From assembly GCA_965228895.1 (NCBI GenBank), contig OZ245842.1, positions 3,424,001 to 3,488,000 on the forward strand: a DNA stretch of 64,000 bases. Reading direction: 5' to 3'. Position 1 is the stretch's first letter; each line of letters opens with the position of its first letter. Positions 35,067 to 45,674 of the stretch are shown in pieces. This DNA comes from Alphaproteobacteria bacterium (GTDB taxonomy: Bacteria; Pseudomonadota; Alphaproteobacteria; SP197). The notes under the pieces were generated by a model that saw only the letters and a program-made list of their open reading frames with translations, had not been told where the DNA came from and made no database searches. The position numbers and the translations under genes were made by a program.

Positions 35067-36269
35067 TTACATGGCGATAGCGCGTAGTGCTCGCGGATAG
35101 TCAGCCAGCGTTTCGCAGCCTGTCTCGGTGACGAGAACACTCTCGCTCAGGCTGACGCCGTAGCGGCCGGGAACGCGCATGGCGATCGGCAGGTGGAAGG
35201 TCATGCCAGGCTGGAATACCTCCTCCACGCCCTCGGCGATGAAGCCGATGGTTTCGGCCCAGGTCGGCGGATAGCCGATGCCGATGGTGTAGCCATAGGC
35301 ACCCAGGAAAAAGCCGAGATCGTCGATTTCCTTGTGCGCCGCTTTGGCCGCCATGGCGACGTCATGGAACTGGCGTCCTGGCTTGATCTCATCCAGCAGC
35401 GTCTGGACACAGGTCTGCACCGCCGCCTCGACACCGCGCATCTCGACATCCGGCTCACCCAACACCGCGCAACGCATCAAGGGCGAGGTATAGCGTTTGA
35501 AACACCCGCCATACTCCATGAAGACCGCGTCGCCCGCGGCAATGGGGTAGCGCCGGTGGGTCTGGTGCCCGCCGCCGGTGCGCTGGCCCGTGGTGACGAT
35601 CGGCTGGATCGAGACGAAGTCGCTGCCCGCCGCCAGCATCGCGTCGAACCCGGCACGGCACACGTCGTTGTCCGTCGCGCCCGGCCGGATAACGGCCATG
35701 GAGGCATCGACCCCCGCCATGGTGATCTGGGCGGCACGTCGATGACAGGCGATTTCCTCGTCCGACTTGATCATACGCAACCGCGCGACCAGGTCGGTCG
35801 TGTCAACCAGATCCGCCTTGCCAAGACGCTCGACCAGCGCGCCGTGAACGTCAAGCCGCAATCCCTGCCGCGCCGGCTGCAACCCGATCCTGCCACGATC
35901 GAGGCCACGGGCTTTCAAAAGCGCCGCCAGATGACCACCCGAACCCCCGGACTCGTACCAGCCGAAAAAGACGCGGTCGTCGATCCATGTCGTGTTAACG
36001 GCCGATGGCGACTCCACGTTCATCGCATGCAGGATCGGATCGCCGTCGCGCGGCACGATCAGACAGGCATAGATGTCGCTGGCGAACGTGTCGTAACCGG
36101 CGACGTAGTTGAGATCGCAGGTGTGAGTCAGGAGAAGCAGATCAAGATCGGCCTCCGCCATACGCGCGCGCACGGCCTGCAGCCGCGTCTGGTAGCTCGC
36201 AACCGGAAAGGCTAGTTCACTGCCGGCGCTAGCCTCGGCCAGCCTGCCAGCATAGACCGATGTCTCCAT
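35067..36269 (-). CDS. M24-fold hydrolase of the creatinase/ectoine hydrolase (DoeA)-like type
   Basis: RMIKSDEEI, EYGGCFKRY, GYTIGIGYPPTWAE, PGMTFH, SESVLVTETG; canonical aminopeptidase-P Asp/Asp/His metal ligands are not evident. Confidence 0.85.
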   Translation of the reverse strand: METSVYAGRLAEASAGSELAFPVASYQTRLQAVRARMAEADLDLLLLTHTCDLNYVAGYDTFASDIYACLIVPRDGDPILHAMNVESPSAVNTTWIDDRVFFGWYESGGSGGHLAALLKARGLDRGRIGLQPARQGLRLDVHGALVERLGKADLVDTTDLVARLRMIKSDEEIACHRRAAQITMAGVDASMAVIRPGATDNDVCRAGFDAMLAAGSDFVSIQPIVTTGQRTGGGHQTHRRYPIAAGDAVFMEYGGCFKRYTSPLMRCAVLGEPDVEMRGVEAAVQTCVQTLLDEIKPGRQFHDVAMAAKAAHKEIDDLGFFLGAYGYTIGIGYPPTWAETIGFIAEGVEEVFQPGMTFHLPIAMRVPGRYGVSLSESVLVTETGCETLADYPRALRAIAM

Positions 36270-36292
36270 GGTATATGTCCTTGGCGCGCCGC

Positions 36293-38590
36293 TCAGCGCG
36301 CGGCGTTGTCGTGGAACAGATAGACCGGGCTGGTCCAGGCTTGGAATCCATCTTCGGTGGTGACACGAATCCACAAGGGGTTGTCGCCATCGTTGTGCAG
36401 CGGCACGGTGACGGACTCCGTTATCGGCTCAGGATCAAGCACCGGCGCCAGACGAAACAGGTGGACCGCGAGGTCCAGACCGCCCGCGTCGATGATGTGA
36501 TCGTCACGGCCGACCGTTGCCAAGTCGACGTCGGCCGTCACGAAATTTGTCTCGAGCGCCACGCGTGCGCCCTCACCTTCATCGAGCCAGACGTCGAAAG
36601 CGCCGAAGTTGCCGGCGGTTACCGAGTCCCAGGAAAGCGTCTTGTCGTCGTCCTGGCGCAGCGGACGGTCAGGGTTCCAGGCGTTGATCTCCCGCGTCGC
36701 CGTGATCGCACAATTCTCGAAACGTGCGCGCCCGGTCCACCGCGCCTTGGCGCCCCGCCCCTTCACCTGCGCGCCGCGCCACAACACGCGAAGCCGGTTG
36801 CTGGACGCGGCTTCGGCCGGATTACGGATGGTCGCGATCGTCTCCATGCCGTTCAAGACGTCGATACGTACAATCGGCGCGCGCGCCTGAACCGTGAACC
36901 GCAGCGTCACCGCATCGTCCGTGGTCGCGGCGATGTCACCCATCATGAGGGTCGAGACGGGATCGCTATCGCAGACCTCGACCTTGGGGTCGGACGCGAA
37001 GAAGGCGAACGGCTGGCTGCCCTCCACCGCCAGATCGATGTGCAAACGGTCGCCGGTCGTCGCGTAGTGACGGCGTCGCTTCAAACAATCGAACCAGGCA
37101 TCGCGCGTCAGCTCCGGCATCAGGAAACAGGTCAGGCCGCCATAGGCGCCGAACTCCGAAGCGCCGGGATAGCTGGCACCGGGTCGCCCCTTGTGCCCGT
37201 CGCTGTTGGCGACGACGCCGACCCGATGGCCAAGCTTGAAGCAGTCTTCCATCAGCCACTCGAACGTGCCCCATGCCGAGTGGATCTCCATCGCGGTTTC
37301 CAGCCGGCTGTCGTGGGCATAGGCGACATCGGCCGGCCGGCCGCCGATATGGGCGTAGACCAGACAGTCCTCGTCCTGAAGCGCCGCGAACAGATCACGC
37401 GCCGTCGTCGCGTCGCTCGCGATGTCGCGGCGGTCGCTGATCAGGGCGTGGGACGAACGCCGGATCGCGCGGCCCTCGTTGCGGAAATAAACATTACGGT
37501 CACCGCCGACGCCCGTGTTGCCCGACCACTCGTAGCCGGGCAGCGTCAGAAACCGCCCGTCGCGATGAAACTCCGCGGTCAGCTCGTTGATATGATCCCA
37601 GAACGCGCCGTTGATCTGGAAATCGTTCGCCTGATGGCTTGTCGCATCAAGAAAGGCGAGATCGCGGGCGAAGGTGAAGTATTCGCGCGCCGTGTTGATG
37701 CCGACGGATTCGCCGCTCTGCCCGTGCATGTCGCCCCAATAACCGGCGACATTGCCGTCCCGGATAACCAGCGGGTTGGTGACAGCCAGCAGCTCGCCGT
37801 CGGGCGTGCGCATCTCGATGGCCAACGTGCCTTCCTCGGCGCACGACAAACCGTCGATCACCAACGCGCGCCGGCCCTTCTCGAACCGCACCGTCTGCGG
37901 CAGACCGTCAATCGGATGAACGCTGGCGAGAACCAGTGCCGCATCCACCTGATCGGATGGATTGCCGAAACTGTCTTCGGCCTTCAGGCTCAAACGAAAT
38001 GTCTCGCCCGGCCGGCGCATGGTCGGCAGGACCGCTTTCCATACCGCCGGCGGGCCCGGCACGATGGCGATGGTCGGACTTTGCGTGACCGGGATGAAAT
38101 GGCCGGTGGCGCAGACATCGGCCAGCACCTTAAAGGCAAACTCGGACTCGCAGAACGACTGCAATCGGAAGCCCGGCGAGCCGCCGGACCGGTCGCCGAT
38201 GACGACCTCGACACGATCGCCTTCGCGCAGATAACCCTTCGAGACGGTCACGGTCAGCGCCTGGTACCACGGCCGTTGATGGCCATTCGCGTTGAACGAG
38301 AGGTTGAGCGGCACACCGTTGGAGCTGGTCGCGGTTACGTAGTTCAGGCCAGCGGGGTCGGTCATCTGCAGCGCACCACCATCGGCCGTGAAGCGGAAAA
38401 CGATACGGATTGATCCCGTGTCGTCCAGGCCGTAGCGCCCGGTGACATAGGTCAGCCGAAACGTCTGGAAGCTGCGCGCCTCGAACGCACCCTTCGGCTC
38501 CAGATCGGCGTAACCGAACAGGACCGGGTCCTCCGCCGGCCTGGCATCGGAAAAAACCTCACCCAGAAGTTCCGGTGATGGTTGCGACAT
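36293..38590 (-). CDS. DUF3604-like protein with PHP-type metal-binding domain
   Basis: YWGDMHGQS, SHQAND, PGYEWS, EIHSAWG, NSDGHKGRPG, RRHYATTG, AWTSP. Confidence 0.8.
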   Translation of the reverse strand: MSQPSPELLGEVFSDARPAEDPVLFGYADLEPKGAFEARSFQTFRLTYVTGRYGLDDTGSIRIVFRFTADGGALQMTDPAGLNYVTATSSNGVPLNLSFNANGHQRPWYQALTVTVSKGYLREGDRVEVVIGDRSGGSPGFRLQSFCESEFAFKVLADVCATGHFIPVTQSPTIAIVPGPPAVWKAVLPTMRRPGETFRLSLKAEDSFGNPSDQVDAALVLASVHPIDGLPQTVRFEKGRRALVIDGLSCAEEGTLAIEMRTPDGELLAVTNPLVIRDGNVAGYWGDMHGQSGESVGINTAREYFTFARDLAFLDATSHQANDFQINGAFWDHINELTAEFHRDGRFLTLPGYEWSGNTGVGGDRNVYFRNEGRAIRRSSHALISDRRDIASDATTARDLFAALQDEDCLVYAHIGGRPADVAYAHDSRLETAMEIHSAWGTFEWLMEDCFKLGHRVGVVANSDGHKGRPGASYPGASEFGAYGGLTCFLMPELTRDAWFDCLKRRRHYATTGDRLHIDLAVEGSQPFAFFASDPKVEVCDSDPVSTLMMGDIAATTDDAVTLRFTVQARAPIVRIDVLNGMETIATIRNPAEAASSNRLRVLWRGAQVKGRGAKARWTGRARFENCAITATREINAWNPDRPLRQDDDKTLSWDSVTAGNFGAFDVWLDEGEGARVALETNFVTADVDLATVGRDDHIIDAGGLDLAVHLFRLAPVLDPEPITESVTVPLHNDGDNPLWIRVTTEDGFQAWTSPVYLFHDNAAR

Positions 38591-38762
38591 AGCGTCCAGC
38601 CCATGCTACCGCGACATGATCGCCGCTATGGTTCAGACGTTACTCGAAGCACAGGACCGGACCAATCGCGAAACGCACCCCAGCGCATGGCCGTGGACTT
38701 GGCCCGCCGACCGTCTTGCTGCACTCTGCTCATTGATGCGTCAAATTGGATGCCGACCAACC

Positions 38763-39131
38763 ATGCTCCACCACATCTCCATGCCCGTCTCGGACCTTCG
38801 CGCCGCACGCGAACTCTATGACGCCATGCTCGGCGCGCTCGGCTATCGCTGTGTGGGTGAAGCCGACGGTTTCGTCGGCTATGGCATCAATGATGGTGAA
38901 GATAAGCTGGCTCTGAAACACTGCTCGACCGCCGCGGCCGCCGGTGAGGGGTTTCACGTGGCGCTCGGCGCCCCATCACGCGACGCCGTCGACCACTTCC
39001 ATCGTGCCGCCCTTGAAGCCGGCGCCACCGACAACGGCGCACCGGGCCTTCGAACCCGCTACGGCCCGACCTACTACGCGGCCTTTGTCATTGATCCCGA
39101 TGGTCACCGGCTTGAGGCCGTCCACAAGTAA
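38763..39131 (+). CDS. VOC/glyoxalase family protein
   Basis: HHISMPVSD, FHVAL...VDHFH..AL.AGATDNGAPGLR, YYAAFVIDPDGHRLEAV. Confidence 0.92.
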   Translation: MLHHISMPVSDLRAARELYDAMLGALGYRCVGEADGFVGYGINDGEDKLALKHCSTAAAAGEGFHVALGAPSRDAVDHFHRAALEAGATDNGAPGLRTRYGPTYYAAFVIDPDGHRLEAVHK

Positions 39132-39173
39132 GCCGCGCCGTCACGCAACGCCCATACGCCAACGGAGAACGCC

Positions 39174-39635
39174 ATGAGCGAAACGATTACCGGCGGCTGC
39201 CTGTGCGGCGCCGTGCGTTACAAATCAAGCGAGCCGCCCAACGAGGTCTACGCGTGCCACTGCCGCTACTGCCAGCGCTACACCGGCAGTGCATTCTGGG
39301 CCGGCGCAAAGTTCCCTGAAGGGTCGCTGTGCTTCACCGAGGGCACGCCGCATACCCACAAAGCAACGCCGCTCCTTGAACGCTACTTCTGCGCGGAATG
39401 CGGTAGCTCGATCGGCCTGCGCTACATCAAAGCGCCCTGGCCGGATTACGAACCTGGCATGGAAGTGGGGATTGGCAGCTTGGACGATCCGACGGCCTTC
39501 GAACCCGCCTATCACTTCTGCGTCGAGAGCAAACTCGCATGGCCGCATTTCGACGAGGCGATCCCGCTTTTGCGCGGTGACGAGGATGAAGGTCTTGCGG
39601 CCGCGTTCGACGACGTTTCTAAAGGTGACGACTAG
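39174..39635 (+). CDS. GFA (glutathione-dependent formaldehyde-activating / CENP-V) family protein
   Basis: GGCLCGAVRY, CHCRYCQR, FCAECGS Zn motifs. Confidence 0.92.
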   Translation: MSETITGGCLCGAVRYKSSEPPNEVYACHCRYCQRYTGSAFWAGAKFPEGSLCFTEGTPHTHKATPLLERYFCAECGSSIGLRYIKAPWPDYEPGMEVGIGSLDDPTAFEPAYHFCVESKLAWPHFDEAIPLLRGDEDEGLAAAFDDVSKGDD

Positions 39636-39641
39636 CCCAGC

Positions 39642-39992
39642 CTAAACCTTCGTCCAGATCGCCAGTTGGTTGCCGGAGGGATCGTGGAAGTGGATGCGTC
39701 GGCCGCCGGGGAAGTCGTGGCGCTCGGCAATTTCGCCGCCGACATTCATGACGGCCCTTTCGGCGGCGGCCAGATCGTCGGCATAGAGAATCACCAATGC
39801 GCCGCCACGGGGCGGGCGTTCGCTCACCTTGCGGAAGCCGCCTTCAAGGCCGGCGTTGGAAAAGGCCATGTACGCATCGCCCCATTCCTCGAACGTCCAA
39901 CCGAAGGCCGCGCCGTAAAACGCCTTCGTCGCGGCAAAATCGATTGCCGGCAACTCCACGTAACTGATATTCATACCCATCCCCGTGTTCAT
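39642..39992 (-). CDS. VOC/glyoxalase-bleomycin resistance family protein
   Basis: ISYVELP...FYGAAFGW...FPGGRRIHFHDPSGNQLAIW; start may be 39974. Confidence 0.9.
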   Translation of the reverse strand: MNTGMGMNISYVELPAIDFAATKAFYGAAFGWTFEEWGDAYMAFSNAGLEGGFRKVSERPPRGGALVILYADDLAAAERAVMNVGGEIAERHDFPGGRRIHFHDPSGNQLAIWTKV

Positions 39993-40069
39993 ATTATGTT
40001 CTCTACCATCGCGAAACACGCAATGCAAGGAAATCGCTGAAAAATCAGGCCAAATTCAGACGGCGCGGC

Positions 40070-40567
40070 TTACCAGCCGACGGTGCCCGGGCCACCCTTG
40101 AAGGGGCCGACGATGGCGGGTGTGATCCAGCCGCCGTAGAAGTCGCCTTCCTGGGCGCTCACCTTGTCGTGGCCAACCCAGCAGGCATCGACACGCGACG
40201 CATAGAACGCCAGGTAGCCGGCGATCGCCTTGAATGGTGCGGTCGGGTCGGGATAGCTCCAGGCGGCGTGGTCAGCGCGGCGGTCGCCCAGGGCTAGCGT
40301 CCAATAGGTCGCGACACCCTTGAACTCGCAGAACGAATGCATCGACGCTTCGGCCAAGAGGTCCAGCCGAACATCCTGCGGCGGGATGTAGTAGACCGGC
40401 GGGTGGCTTGTCTCCAACACGCGGTAGCCGCCGCGGCCATCGGCGACCGTCTCGCCCGCGAAGATGACACGCAGCTCCGTGTCGACCTTTTCAAGGCGCG
40501 GCGGTCGCGGATAGTCCCAGACCGATTCCTGACCTGGACCGGGTGCGATGGATCTGGGGCGACGCAT
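40070..40567 (-). CDS. DUF427 domain protein
   Basis: GGAGGA RBS; ESVWDYPRPP, LETSHPPVYY, CEFKGVA, AAWSYPDP, FYGGWIT. Confidence 0.9.
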   Translation of the reverse strand: MRRPRSIAPGPGQESVWDYPRPPRLEKVDTELRVIFAGETVADGRGGYRVLETSHPPVYYIPPQDVRLDLLAEASMHSFCEFKGVATYWTLALGDRRADHAAWSYPDPTAPFKAIAGYLAFYASRVDACWVGHDKVSAQEGDFYGGWITPAIVGPFKGGPGTVGW

Positions 40568-40631
40568 GGCGGAAGTCCTCCCTTTGCCGACGTCCAATGC
40601 CTGGCCTGCGCCGACTGGCCGGGCCGAGCGG

Positions 40632-41201
40632 TCAGCCGCCGCTCAAGTCAAGACGATCAAGCTGCGTCTCGATCGCGCGCGTCATGCGCTCCGAACTCGG
40701 CGAGGTCGGGCTTGAGAACCACTCGACCAGGCGGCCGTCGCCATCGATCAGGTATTTGTGGAAGTTCCACATGGGCTTTGCCATCGGACCCAGTTCACGC
40801 GCCGCCCAAGCGTAGAACGGGTGCGCGGTGTCGCCTTTGACGTGCTCTTTGGTCGTCATCGGAAAGTCGATACTGAAATTGACCTCGCAGAACTCTTTGA
40901 TCTCGGTTTCGGTCCCGGGCTCTTGCCCGCCGAAATCGTTCGACGGCACGCCGAGCACGACCAGGCCCTGATCGCGGTAGCGGTCCCACACGGCCTGCAG
41001 GTCGTCATACTGGCGGGTGAAGCCGCAGCGCGACGCGGTGTTGACCACCAGAACCACCTTGCCCTGATACTGGGAAAGCGGCAGCAGGTCGCCTTCGATC
41101 GCGGTGAAGGAAAAGTCATGCGCCGATTGACTGCCGTCACCGGCGGCAGACGACGCGCCGCCGATCAGCGCGGCAAGGACCATCAGGCTTCGGACTAGCA
41201 T
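40632..41201 (-). CDS. Glutathione peroxidase (Cys-type) with signal peptide
   Basis: VVNTASRCGFT, LGVPSNDFGGQEPG, WNFHKYLI; hydrophobic N-terminus. Confidence 0.93.
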   Translation of the reverse strand: MLVRSLMVLAALIGGASSAAGDGSQSAHDFSFTAIEGDLLPLSQYQGKVVLVVNTASRCGFTRQYDDLQAVWDRYRDQGLVVLGVPSNDFGGQEPGTETEIKEFCEVNFSIDFPMTTKEHVKGDTAHPFYAWAARELGPMAKPMWNFHKYLIDGDGRLVEWFSSPTSPSSERMTRAIETQLDRLDLSGG

Positions 41202-41274
41202 GGCGTAGTCACCATTCGATCTGTGTCTTGGCTTGGTACGTATCACCACCCAAACCGGACCAGCGGTGATCGCC

Positions 41275-42045
41275 ATGCCCGAAATTCAGATCGATCGGCC
41301 TGCCCTGACCACCTTTGGCACCGATCTCAACGCGGCCGTTTTCGGCGCCGCCGGCGGTATCGGCCATGCGTTGACCAAAGCGATAGCGGGTGCTCCAACC
41401 GTCAACAGGGTCTATCGCCTGGCGCGCCGCGCGCCGGCGATAGCGGCAGACAACGGCACATGGCTGCCACTGGCTCTGGAGGACGAAGCTTCGATCATCG
41501 ACGCCGCTGCGGCGCTGAAAGCTGAGGCCAGCCCGCTCAACCTGATCATCGTCGCCACCGGCATCCTGCATGACGGCGACAAGCTAAATCCCGAAAAATC
41601 ATGGCGCGCCCTCGACGGTGAGGCCATGGCGCGGGCCTTCCAGATCAACACCATCGGACCCGCGCTGATCGCCAAACACACGCTGTCCTTGCTGGCGAAC
41701 GATCGGAAGGTGGCTTTCGCCGTCTTGTCGGCGCGCGTCGGCAGCATAGCCGACAACCGTCTCGGCGGCTGGCACAGCTACCGCGCGTCGAAGGCGGCGC
41801 TGAACATGATTATCAAGACCTTGTCGATCGAACTCGCGCATCGCAATCCGAACGCCCTTTGCGTCGGCCTGCATCCGGGCACTGTCGATACGCGCCTATC
41901 CCAGCCTTTCCAGGGCGGCGTTCCGGCGGGCGCCCTCGTCTCGCCCGCCATCGCGGCGCATCACCTTCTCACCGTTCTGGACGGCCTTGGTCCCAGGGAT
42001 TCCGGCAGGGTCTTCGCCTGGGACGGCGCCACGATCGCGCCCTAG
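41275..42045 (+). CDS. SDR oxidoreductase, C-factor (CsgA)-like subgroup
   Basis: [41 protein letters not shown]. Confidence 0.92.
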   Translation: MPEIQIDRPALTTFGTDLNAAVFGAAGGIGHALTKAIAGAPTVNRVYRLARRAPAIAADNGTWLPLALEDEASIIDAAAALKAEASPLNLIIVATGILHDGDKLNPEKSWRALDGEAMARAFQINTIGPALIAKHTLSLLANDRKVAFAVLSARVGSIADNRLGGWHSYRASKAALNMIIKTLSIELAHRNPNALCVGLHPGTVDTRLSQPFQGGVPAGALVSPAIAAHHLLTVLDGLGPRDSGRVFAWDGATIAP

Positions 42046-42743
42046 CTGCCGTCCGAGCGGCCGAGCCAGCGGTAGACAATGCCGCCCAACGCCCCACCGA
42101 CCAGCGGCGCGACCCAGAACAGCCAGAGCTGCGCCAGCGCCCAATCGCCGACAAACAGAGCCTGTCCGGTTGAACGTGCCGGGTTGACCGACGTGTTGGT
42201 CACGGGGATCGAGATCAGATGGATCAGCGTCAGCGCCAGTCCGATCGCCAACGGTGCAAACCCGGCGGGCGCACGTTTGTCCGTGACGCCCATGATGATG
42301 AGCACGAAGAAGAAGGTCAGCACGATCTCGGCCGCCAGGGCCGCCGTGATCGTGTAGCCGCCTGGCGAGTTTTCACCGAAGCCGTTGGCGGCGAAACCGG
42401 TTTCCAGACCGAACTCAGCGTTGCCGCTGGCGATGATGTAGAGCACCGCCGCCGCCGCGATCGCACCGATCACCTGGGCGATCCAGTAAGGAATGATCTG
42501 GCCGGCGCCGAAGCGGCCACCGGCCCACAACCCCAGCGTCACCGCCGGATTGAAGTGGCCACCGGAAATATGACCGACCGCATAGGCCATGGTCAGAACG
42601 GTCAGGCCAAAGGCAAGCGAAACGCCCAACAGGCCGATGCCGACCTCCGGGAAGGCCGCGGCCAGCACCGCCGAACCGCATCCCCCAAAGACAAGCCAGA
42701 ATGTTCCCAGAAACTCGGCACCAAGCCGCTGCGCCATCGCCAT
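42042..42743 (-). CDS. aqpZ: Aquaporin Z
   Basis: [27 protein letters not shown] and NTSVNPARS (two NPA motifs), QLWLFWVAP. Confidence 0.96.
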   Translation of the reverse strand: MAMAQRLGAEFLGTFWLVFGGCGSAVLAAAFPEVGIGLLGVSLAFGLTVLTMAYAVGHISGGHFNPAVTLGLWAGGRFGAGQIIPYWIAQVIGAIAAAAVLYIIASGNAEFGLETGFAANGFGENSPGGYTITAALAAEIVLTFFFVLIIMGVTDKRAPAGFAPLAIGLALTLIHLISIPVTNTSVNPARSTGQALFVGDWALAQLWLFWVAPLVGGALGGIVYRWLGRSDGS

Positions 42744-43086
42744 CGCATGTCCCCCGATCTGCGTGCATGAAGGTCGCAACTTAGGTCCCGCAAACACTGG
42801 TTCCAACTAAGGAACAGGGTCAATTTGTCAGCCATTTTCGCAATATCGGGGGTCGAAAAACGCTTTAACCACCGCAGGTTATGCCATCACAGCAACGACC
42901 TCACCCTCAAGATGCATGGCCACATCGCCCGGCAACGAAAGGCGGCTGGCCAAGGCGCCGCAGACCGGGTTGCGCCATGCCGATCGTATCCGCTGCCGGA
43001 CGTCAACGCAGCGCGCTTCTGCCTAGCGGAATCGGTGGTGGATGTGGTTTGGTGTGTGCCCCTTCCCTGTTGTTGACAACGACACC

Positions 43087-43923
43087 ATGACAAGCTTCGA
43101 CGACCTCGCGACGATCAGCTATCTCGATCATGACAACGCCCGTTTTCGTGTCGCCCAGGCGGGCAGTGGCCCCGACATCGTCTGGGTGCCCGGCGGCGAT
43201 TCGCCGGCCCACTATTGGGCCGAGCAGTTCGCTTGGTTCCACAAGGACTTCCGCTGCACGTCCTTTGATCCGCGCGGTGTCGGTGAGACCGACGGCGGCG
43301 AGCCGCCATGGTCGATGGAGCAGTTCGCCGCCGACTGCGCCGCCATCATCGAGTCCTATTGCGAACCGCCGGTGATCCTGTCGGGCCTTTCCATGGGCGC
43401 GCTGATCACCCAGCAGGTCGCCGTCGATTTCCCGCATCTCGTCCGTCTCGCCATTCCCATGGGCACGGCCGCGCGCATCACCGGCTATACCCGCGACTGG
43501 ATGCAGGCCGAGATCGACGCACGCCGCAACGGACTTTCGATGACGCCGGAGTTTGCCGCCTGCCACTACGCCGCCTTTGCCTATCCAGCCCAGGCGCTCA
43601 GCGACGACGCTCTGTGGGAGAAGGTGAAAGCCGCCTATACGCCGCGCTTCGCCGACCGCGATCCCGAGATGCTGATTGCCCAATGGCAACCGTGCCTGGA
43701 TTTCGACTGCACCGAGAGTCTGAAGACCTGTCCGGTGCCGATCCACGCCATCGCCTTCGCCCAGGACGTGCAGACGCCACCCGCCATGGTCAAGCGTGTC
43801 GCCGAGCTTGCCCGGTACGGCCACTATCATCAGCTCGAAGGGCTGGGTCACGTGTCGCTCTACCGCCAAGCCGGCGACGAGGTGAACGCCTACCTGGAAA
43901 AGCTGATCCGCGAAAACGCCTGA
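43087..43923 (+). CDS. Alpha/beta fold hydrolase
   Basis: FDPRGVGET, nucleophile elbow GLSMG, acid in QDVQTP, His in GLGH. Confidence 0.9.
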   Translation: MTSFDDLATISYLDHDNARFRVAQAGSGPDIVWVPGGDSPAHYWAEQFAWFHKDFRCTSFDPRGVGETDGGEPPWSMEQFAADCAAIIESYCEPPVILSGLSMGALITQQVAVDFPHLVRLAIPMGTAARITGYTRDWMQAEIDARRNGLSMTPEFAACHYAAFAYPAQALSDDALWEKVKAAYTPRFADRDPEMLIAQWQPCLDFDCTESLKTCPVPIHAIAFAQDVQTPPAMVKRVAELARYGHYHQLEGLGHVSLYRQAGDEVNAYLEKLIRENA

Positions 43924-43934
43924 AGGTGATCACC

Positions 43935-44804
43935 ATGATGATGCCCTGCATCCCGCCCGATCCCAACCCACGACCGCCGCGTTTTGCCATGCCGGCGGGC
44001 GCCACCGACAGCCATTCCCACGTCATCGATCCACCGTCGCGCCATCCTTACGTCGCCGAGCGGTTCTTCGATCCGCCGCCGGCCCCGCTCGAGGCATACA
44101 AGGCATTGCACAAGGTGCTCGGCATCGAACGGGCGGTACTCGTGACGCTCTCGGTCTACGGCACCAACAACACGGTCGCGCTCGAGGCGGTCGCCGGTTA
44201 CGGCAACGACCGCGCGCGCGGCATTGCCGTGGTCGACGAAACGGTGAGCGACGACGAACTCGCCAGGCTCGATGCCGGCGGGTTCCGCGGCGCGCGGTTC
44301 AACATCGTGATGGGCGGCGGCGTCGGTCTCCACGCCGTCGAAATGCTGGCGCCGCGGCTGCGCGAGCTCGGCTGGCATATCCAACTGTTCCTTGATGTCC
44401 ACAAGGATCTGGAAGATATCGAGCCGGTGATCCGCACCTGTGGTATGCCCGTCGTTGTCGATCACATGGGTTTCATGCAGACCACAGAGGGGCTCGACAA
44501 CCCGGGATTCCAACGGTTCTTGGACCTCGTCCGCGACGGCATCTGCTGGGCCAAGCTCTCCGGCAATTACCGGATCTCCAACGAGCCGCCGCACTACCGC
44601 GACGCTATTCCGTTTGCCCGCGCGTTGATCGAGGCGGCACCGGAGCACATGGTCTGGGGCACAGACTGGCCTCACGTGACGCTCGCCGACAACATGCCCA
44701 ACGATGGCGACCTGCTCGATGCGTTAGACGATTACGCACCGGAGCCGGAGCTCAAACAGGCGATCCTGGTCGACAACCCCGCGCGGCTTTATGGCTTTGC
44801 CTGA
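43935..44804 (+). CDS. Amidohydrolase_2 family lactonase (2-pyrone-4,6-dicarboxylate hydrolase-like)
   Basis: DSHSHV, SVYGTNN, RGARFN, VDHMG, WAKLSG, WGTDWPH, DNPARLYGF. Confidence 0.9.
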   Translation: MMMPCIPPDPNPRPPRFAMPAGATDSHSHVIDPPSRHPYVAERFFDPPPAPLEAYKALHKVLGIERAVLVTLSVYGTNNTVALEAVAGYGNDRARGIAVVDETVSDDELARLDAGGFRGARFNIVMGGGVGLHAVEMLAPRLRELGWHIQLFLDVHKDLEDIEPVIRTCGMPVVVDHMGFMQTTEGLDNPGFQRFLDLVRDGICWAKLSGNYRISNEPPHYRDAIPFARALIEAAPEHMVWGTDWPHVTLADNMPNDGDLLDALDDYAPEPELKQAILVDNPARLYGFA

Positions 44805-44816
44805 CCTGCCGTTCGT

Positions 44817-45632
44817 CTATCTGAAGAATCCATCGACGTCGGCAAAGTCCGGGGTGTCATCCAGAAACTCGAACGTGCCGCGCTCCGTCATCTCGCGCGC
44901 AGCGTCGATCAACGAGCCATAAGCAAGCAGCGCCAGGCTGGACCCCAAACTGATTCGTTTGACGCCCGCCTCGAAAATCCGATCGAGCGACGCACCCGCG
45001 CCCATGGCTTCAACGGTGACATTCACCGGCCTCGTAAGCGCGCCACACAGCGTGCGGATTTGAACGATGTCATTGACACCGGGCGCGTAGAGCACATCGG
45101 CACCGCACGTTTCGAAATCCATTAAACGCCGGATGACCTTGTCGAGGTCGGTTGCGCCCCACAGAAAACTCTCGCAGCGCGCGGTTAGAACAAAGTCGCC
45201 ATCAAGCGATCGACAGGCCTCACATGCCGCTGCGATCCGTTCGACGGCGAGCCCGTGGTCGAAGATCGGCGTCATCGGATCACCGGTATGGTCTTCGATC
45301 GAGCAGCCGGCAAGACCGATCCCGGCCGCCGTGACGACCGTCTCGTAGACGGCTTGGGGGCTGTCGCCGAATCCCTTCTCCAGGTCCGCCGAGACCGGCA
45401 GCGGCGAGGCGCTGACAATGGTGCGGCAATGGTCCAGCACCGCATCGCGCGGCACCGCGCCATCGGGTAGGCCGAGGGCATGAGCCATACCCGTGCTGGT
45501 CGTCGCCAACGCCTTGAAACCCATAGCGGCCAACAGCCGCGCGGAGCCGATATCCCACGGATTGGGCATAACGAAGTGGCCCGGCGTCTCGTGAAGCGCA
45601 CGGAATCGCGCGCCTATTTTGCTCACAACCAT
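44817..45632 (-). CDS. Isocitrate lyase / PEP phosphonomutase family protein
   Basis: MPNPWDIGSA, ALATTS, SADLEKGFG, SIED, GADVLYAPG, KRISLG. Confidence 0.92.
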   Translation of the reverse strand: MVVSKIGARFRALHETPGHFVMPNPWDIGSARLLAAMGFKALATTSTGMAHALGLPDGAVPRDAVLDHCRTIVSASPLPVSADLEKGFGDSPQAVYETVVTAAGIGLAGCSIEDHTGDPMTPIFDHGLAVERIAAACEACRSLDGDFVLTARCESFLWGATDLDKVIRRLMDFETCGADVLYAPGVNDIVQIRTLCGALTRPVNVTVEAMGAGASLDRIFEAGVKRISLGSSLALLAYGSLIDAAREMTERGTFEFLDDTPDFADVDGFFR

Positions 45633-45674
45633 CACCCGTGGCTCGCCATTCGAACATACCGTCTACCAGAGGAG

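Noticed and set aside
36260-38413. 717-aa ORF on the + strand, and similar long antisense ORFs (4086..5378, 20358..21911, 31654..33078, 51796..53424, 58007..59377)
   Set aside because: They are mirror-frame shadows of well-supported genes on the opposite strand, expected with high GC3, and show no recognisable motifs.
40632-41201. Selenocysteine glutathione peroxidase
   Set aside because: The active site is encoded as Cys (ASRCG) and there is no in-frame TGA.
42744-43086. Short ORFs or an RNA element in the 340-nt aqpZ / hydrolase intergenic region
   Set aside because: The ORFs lack RBS and protein-like composition, and I see no convincing repeat, terminator or riboswitch motif; it is probably a divergent promoter region.
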